From: Methylococcales bacterium
Lineage (GTDB): Bacteria > Pseudomonadota > Gammaproteobacteria > Methylococcales > Methylomonadaceae
Assembly (NCBI GenBank): GCA_023134955.1
Contig: JAGLUC010000345.1
Coordinates: 1-38,688 of the forward strand
Length of the DNA: 38,688 nt
Direction: 5' to 3'
Shown: positions 35,846-38,688 of the stretch, piece by piece
Layout of the letters: the number at the start of each line of letters is the position of its first letter
How positions within the stretch are numbered: the stretch's first letter is position 1
Notes under the pieces: generated by a model
Databases searched by the model: none
What the model saw: only the letters and a program-made list of their open reading frames with translations
Told to the model about the DNA's origin: nothing
Position numbers and translations under genes: made by a program

Positions 35846-36196
35846 CTCGCGGTAAATAATTAACAAAACATCTTGCCTGGGATTTAGTGTGATTTTTATG
35901 ATTTCTGGTAAATTGGGTAATAGTCTTTATCAAGGAGATAAGGGGGATGATTTTTAGGTGGAGTCATGGCTTCGATTATTGAGGCTTATAAAATCATCCC
36001 AGCCCAGCGAGCTATTTTATCTTAATTTTATGGGTAGATGCTTCTGTAAGGTACAATAAAGCTTTATGCAGATTGTTGATTATTTAATTTTTTGGGGGCT
36101 TATTCTCTGTTCTTGAGAACGATTAAATAAACTTGTATAGATGATACTCTATCCGTTTGTGGCGGAGAGTTTTATTTGTTTTTTTAGGAATTAATA

Positions 36197-36961
36197 ATGC
36201 CTATTTCACTGGCTGTTTTAGAACAAATTATTCGTGAGGCGGGTGATATTGCCATGCGTCATTTCAAAAATTTAGATAATGTTGAGGTCATTAAAAAAAG
36301 CCCAAGGGATTTAGTGACAGAGGCTGATGTTGCAGTGGAGGCTTTTTTAAAACAGGCTTTAGCTAAAGCCTATCCTCAATATGGTTTTTGGGGGGAAGAA
36401 AGTGGGCAGTCGGATGATCAATTTAATCGCTGGGTTGTTGACCCGATTGATGGCACACATTCTTTTGCCAAGGGTCAATATTTTTGGTCTATCAGTATCG
36501 CTTTGGAAATTGCAGGCGAATTAGTTGCTGGGTCGGTTTATGCGCCTGCTCTGGATGATTTATATATTGCAGCCAAAGGAAAAGGCGCGACTAAAAATGG
36601 CAAAGCTATTTCTGTTTCTAGCGAAAAAAGTCTGGATGCCTCAATGATTGCTACTGGTTTTGCTTGTTTGCGTTCTTATTTAGTTGAAAATAATTTAAAA
36701 CGTTTTTGTCGAATAGCAGAAAAAACAACAGGACAACGTAGATTTGGTTCGGCTGCCATGGATTTGTGTCTGGTTGCAGATGGTCAGGTAGACGCTTTTT
36801 GGGAGCAGGAGCTTAATTTATATGATGTTGCTGCGGGTGCTTTAATTGCTAAAGAGGCAGGCGGCACAGTGACAGATTTTAAAGGCAATGAAGGGGTGTT
36901 TCCTAAGCAGATATTGGTGACTAATGGCGGTATTTTTGATCAGATTTTGCTATTAATGTAA
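36197..36961 (+). CDS. Inositol monophosphatase family protein (SuhB-like)
   Basis: Motifs DLVTEAD, GEE, WVVDPIDGT, RRFGSAAMDLC.VA.G..D and DVAAG. Ribosome-binding site AGGA upstream of the ATG. Confidence 0.92.
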   Translation: MPISLAVLEQIIREAGDIAMRHFKNLDNVEVIKKSPRDLVTEADVAVEAFLKQALAKAYPQYGFWGEESGQSDDQFNRWVVDPIDGTHSFAKGQYFWSISIALEIAGELVAGSVYAPALDDLYIAAKGKGATKNGKAISVSSEKSLDASMIATGFACLRSYLVENNLKRFCRIAEKTTGQRRFGSAAMDLCLVADGQVDAFWEQELNLYDVAAGALIAKEAGGTVTDFKGNEGVFPKQILVTNGGIFDQILLLM

Positions 36962-36990
36962 AAGCTAGAATTGTTAAATTAGAAGCCAAT

Positions 36991-37030
36991 AAAAAGGGGT
37001 ATGTTGAATAAATCAATATACCCCTTTTTT
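36991..37030. terminator. Bidirectional rho-independent terminator between the convergent IMPase and rpe genes
   Basis: AAAAAGGGGTATGTTGA-ataaa-TCAATATACCCCTTTTTT: a 17-bp inverted repeat with one G:U pair, with A and T tracts on either side. Confidence 0.9.
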
Positions 37031-37047
37031 ATGAATTGAAGTAAGTC

Positions 37048-37716
37048 TTAAGCTTTAGCAAGCTCAGCGCGCATCTCATCAATTACTTTTTTGTAGTCAG
37101 GCTGGCTGAAAATTGCAGAACCTGCAACAAACATATCAGCACCTGCTGCTTTAATCTCACGAATGTTGTCTACTTTAACACCACCGTCAATTTCTAAACG
37201 GATGTCATAACCACTGTCATCAATTAGTTTTCTGGCCTGGCGTAATTTATCCAATGTTGCAGGGATAAAAGATTGCCCACCAAAACCAGGGTTAACAGAC
37301 ATTAATAAAATAATGTCTACTTTGTCCATCACGTATTCTAAGTGGCTTAAAGGTGTTGCAGGGTTGAACACTAAGCCTGATTTACAACCTGCATCACGAA
37401 TCATTTGTAGAGAACGGTCAATATGAGTTGAACCTTCAGGGTGAAAAGTGATCATGCTTGCGCCCGCTTTGGCAAAGTCGGGGATGATTCTGTCTACAGG
37501 ATCAACCATTAAATGAACATCAATAGGTGCGGTTACACCATGTTTTCTTAATGCATCACAAACCAATGGTCCGATTGTCAGGTTGGGTACAAAGTGGTTG
37601 TCCATAACATCAAAGTGGACAACATCTGCGCCTGAAGCAAGAACATTATCGACTTCTTCGCCTAACTTAGCGAAATCTGCAGAAAGGATGGAAGGAGCTA
37701 TCCAGTTATCTGTCAT
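37048..37716 (-). CDS. rpe: Ribulose-phosphate 3-epimerase
   Basis: [54 protein letters not shown] and [16 protein letters not shown] on the - strand upstream. Confidence 0.98.
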   Translation of the reverse strand: MTDNWIAPSILSADFAKLGEEVDNVLASGADVVHFDVMDNHFVPNLTIGPLVCDALRKHGVTAPIDVHLMVDPVDRIIPDFAKAGASMITFHPEGSTHIDRSLQMIRDAGCKSGLVFNPATPLSHLEYVMDKVDIILLMSVNPGFGGQSFIPATLDKLRQARKLIDDSGYDIRLEIDGGVKVDNIREIKAAGADMFVAGSAIFSQPDYKKVIDEMRAELAKA

Positions 37717-37856
37717 TTTTTTATCCTCTTTGTGTAAAAGCTACATTATATCTTGTTTTAGCCCCCTTATTAAATGAAGTTTTTCTAAATAACTAAAGAC
37801 TTTGTTTTAGAATATCTGTAGTTAATATTAAGTATTCTGCTAAATACGAGGAAATA

Positions 37857-38688
37857 ATGATTAAAAAACTAACATGCTTTAAAGCTTATGATATTAGAGG
37901 TGAACTAGAGCTTGAGCTGGATAACGATGTGGCTTATCGAGTGGGTAGAGCGTTTGCAAGAACACTTAACTTAAAAAAAGTGGTGGTTGGTGGTGATGCC
38001 AGGGCAAGCAGTAAAACTTTAAAAATGGCTTTAGCCAAAGGGTTGCAGGATGAAGGCTGTGATGTTGTTGATATTGGCATGGTAGGGACTGAGGAAATTT
38101 ATTTTGCAACCAGCCACTTAGAAATGAATGGAGGGGTTGAAGTAACAGCTTCTCATAACCCAATTAATTATAATGGGATGAAACTGGTGCGGGAACAAAG
38201 TAAACCCGTGTCAGGTGATACAGGTTTGTGTGATATTCAAACCATGGCTGAAAATCAACCTTGGTTAACAGAAGAAAACCAAGGTAAAAAATCTCAAGGA
38301 CATTATTCTAAAGTTTCAATTTTAAAGTCTTATGTTCAACATCTATTAGGCTATATTAATGCCGAAAATATTAAACCTATTAAATTGGTGGTTAATTCTG
38401 GTAATGGTTCGGCAGGGCATGTGGTTGATGCTTTAGAACAAGCATTTGAGATACTGTCAATACCTATAGAGCTTATTAAAGTACATCATCAAGCTGACGC
38501 AAGTTTTCCCAATGGTATTCCAAATCCTTTATTGCCTGAAAATAGAGCAGATACTAGTGATATGGTTAAGAAACATGGTGCGGATATGGGAATTGCCTGG
38601 GATGGTGATTTTGATCGCTGTTTTTTGTTTGATGAAAAGGGAGAATTTATTGAAGGTTATTATATTGTTGGTTTGTTGGCGGATGCAT
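37857..38688 (+). CDS. manB: Phosphomannomutase/phosphoglucomutase (CpsG/ManB type), 3'-partial
   Basis: Absent from the ORF track because it has no stop in the window. Manual translation from ATG 37857 (GAGG RBS at ~37848) gives [15 protein letters not shown]..., catalytic VTASHNP (~38143-38163), FPNGIPNP and the metal loop DGDFDR (~38601-38618). Confidence 0.95.
   Translation, partial: MIKKLTCFKAYDIRGELELELDNDVAYRVGRAFARTLNLKKVVVGGDARASSKTLKMALAKGLQDEGCDVVDIGMVGTEEIYFATSHLEMNGGVEVTASHNPINYNGMKLVREQSKPVSGDTGLCDIQTMAENQPWLTEENQGKKSQGHYSKVSILKSYVQHLLGYINAENIKPIKLVVNSGNGSAGHVVDALEQAFEILSIPIELIKVHHQADASFPNGIPNPLLPENRADTSDMVKKHGADMGIAWDGDFDRCFLFDEKGEFIEGYYIVGLLADA

Noticed and set aside
37822..37831. 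Palindrome TTAATATTAA in the divergent rpe/manB promoter region
   Set aside because: A 10-bp all-AT palindrome in an AT-rich spacer is expected by chance, and no regulator can be assigned.
36197..38688. IMPase, rpe and manB as part of the secretion system (e.g. substrate glycosylation)
   Set aside because: They are ordinary housekeeping genes separated by a 351-bp gap, with no glycosyltransferases present. Nothing beyond adjacency links them.

Overview
AT-rich bacterial window, probably gammaproteobacterial judging from rpe and manB/cpsG. About 71% of it is one giant + strand ORF of more than 9,135 aa. Its frame is open from base 2, so the N-terminus most likely lies upstream of the window. 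It encodes an acidic, repeat-rich, apparently Cys-free exported protein with large beta-solenoid repeats, inserted aromatic mini-domains, Ala/Val/Gly/Ser-rich repeats, a long RTX (GGxGxD) region and a C-terminal HExxHxxGxxH zinc-peptidase domain. Downstream on the same strand are a SapC-family gene and a tight four-gene operon: a PilZ-GAF-GAF-TM-HlyD membrane-fusion protein, a PqqD-like/M50 peptidase/HlyD fusion, a C-terminally truncated secondary SecA ATPase and a third membrane-fusion protein. No ABC transporter, RND permease or TolC gene is in the window. The best candidate for a poorly characterised system is therefore an ABC-less, SecA-powered, possibly c-di-GMP-gated, type-I-like export machine dedicated to the giant protein. 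The window ends in housekeeping genes: an inositol monophosphatase, a bidirectional terminator, rpe (- strand) and a partial phosphomannomutase. All domain calls come from motif recognition by eye; no database searches were run.
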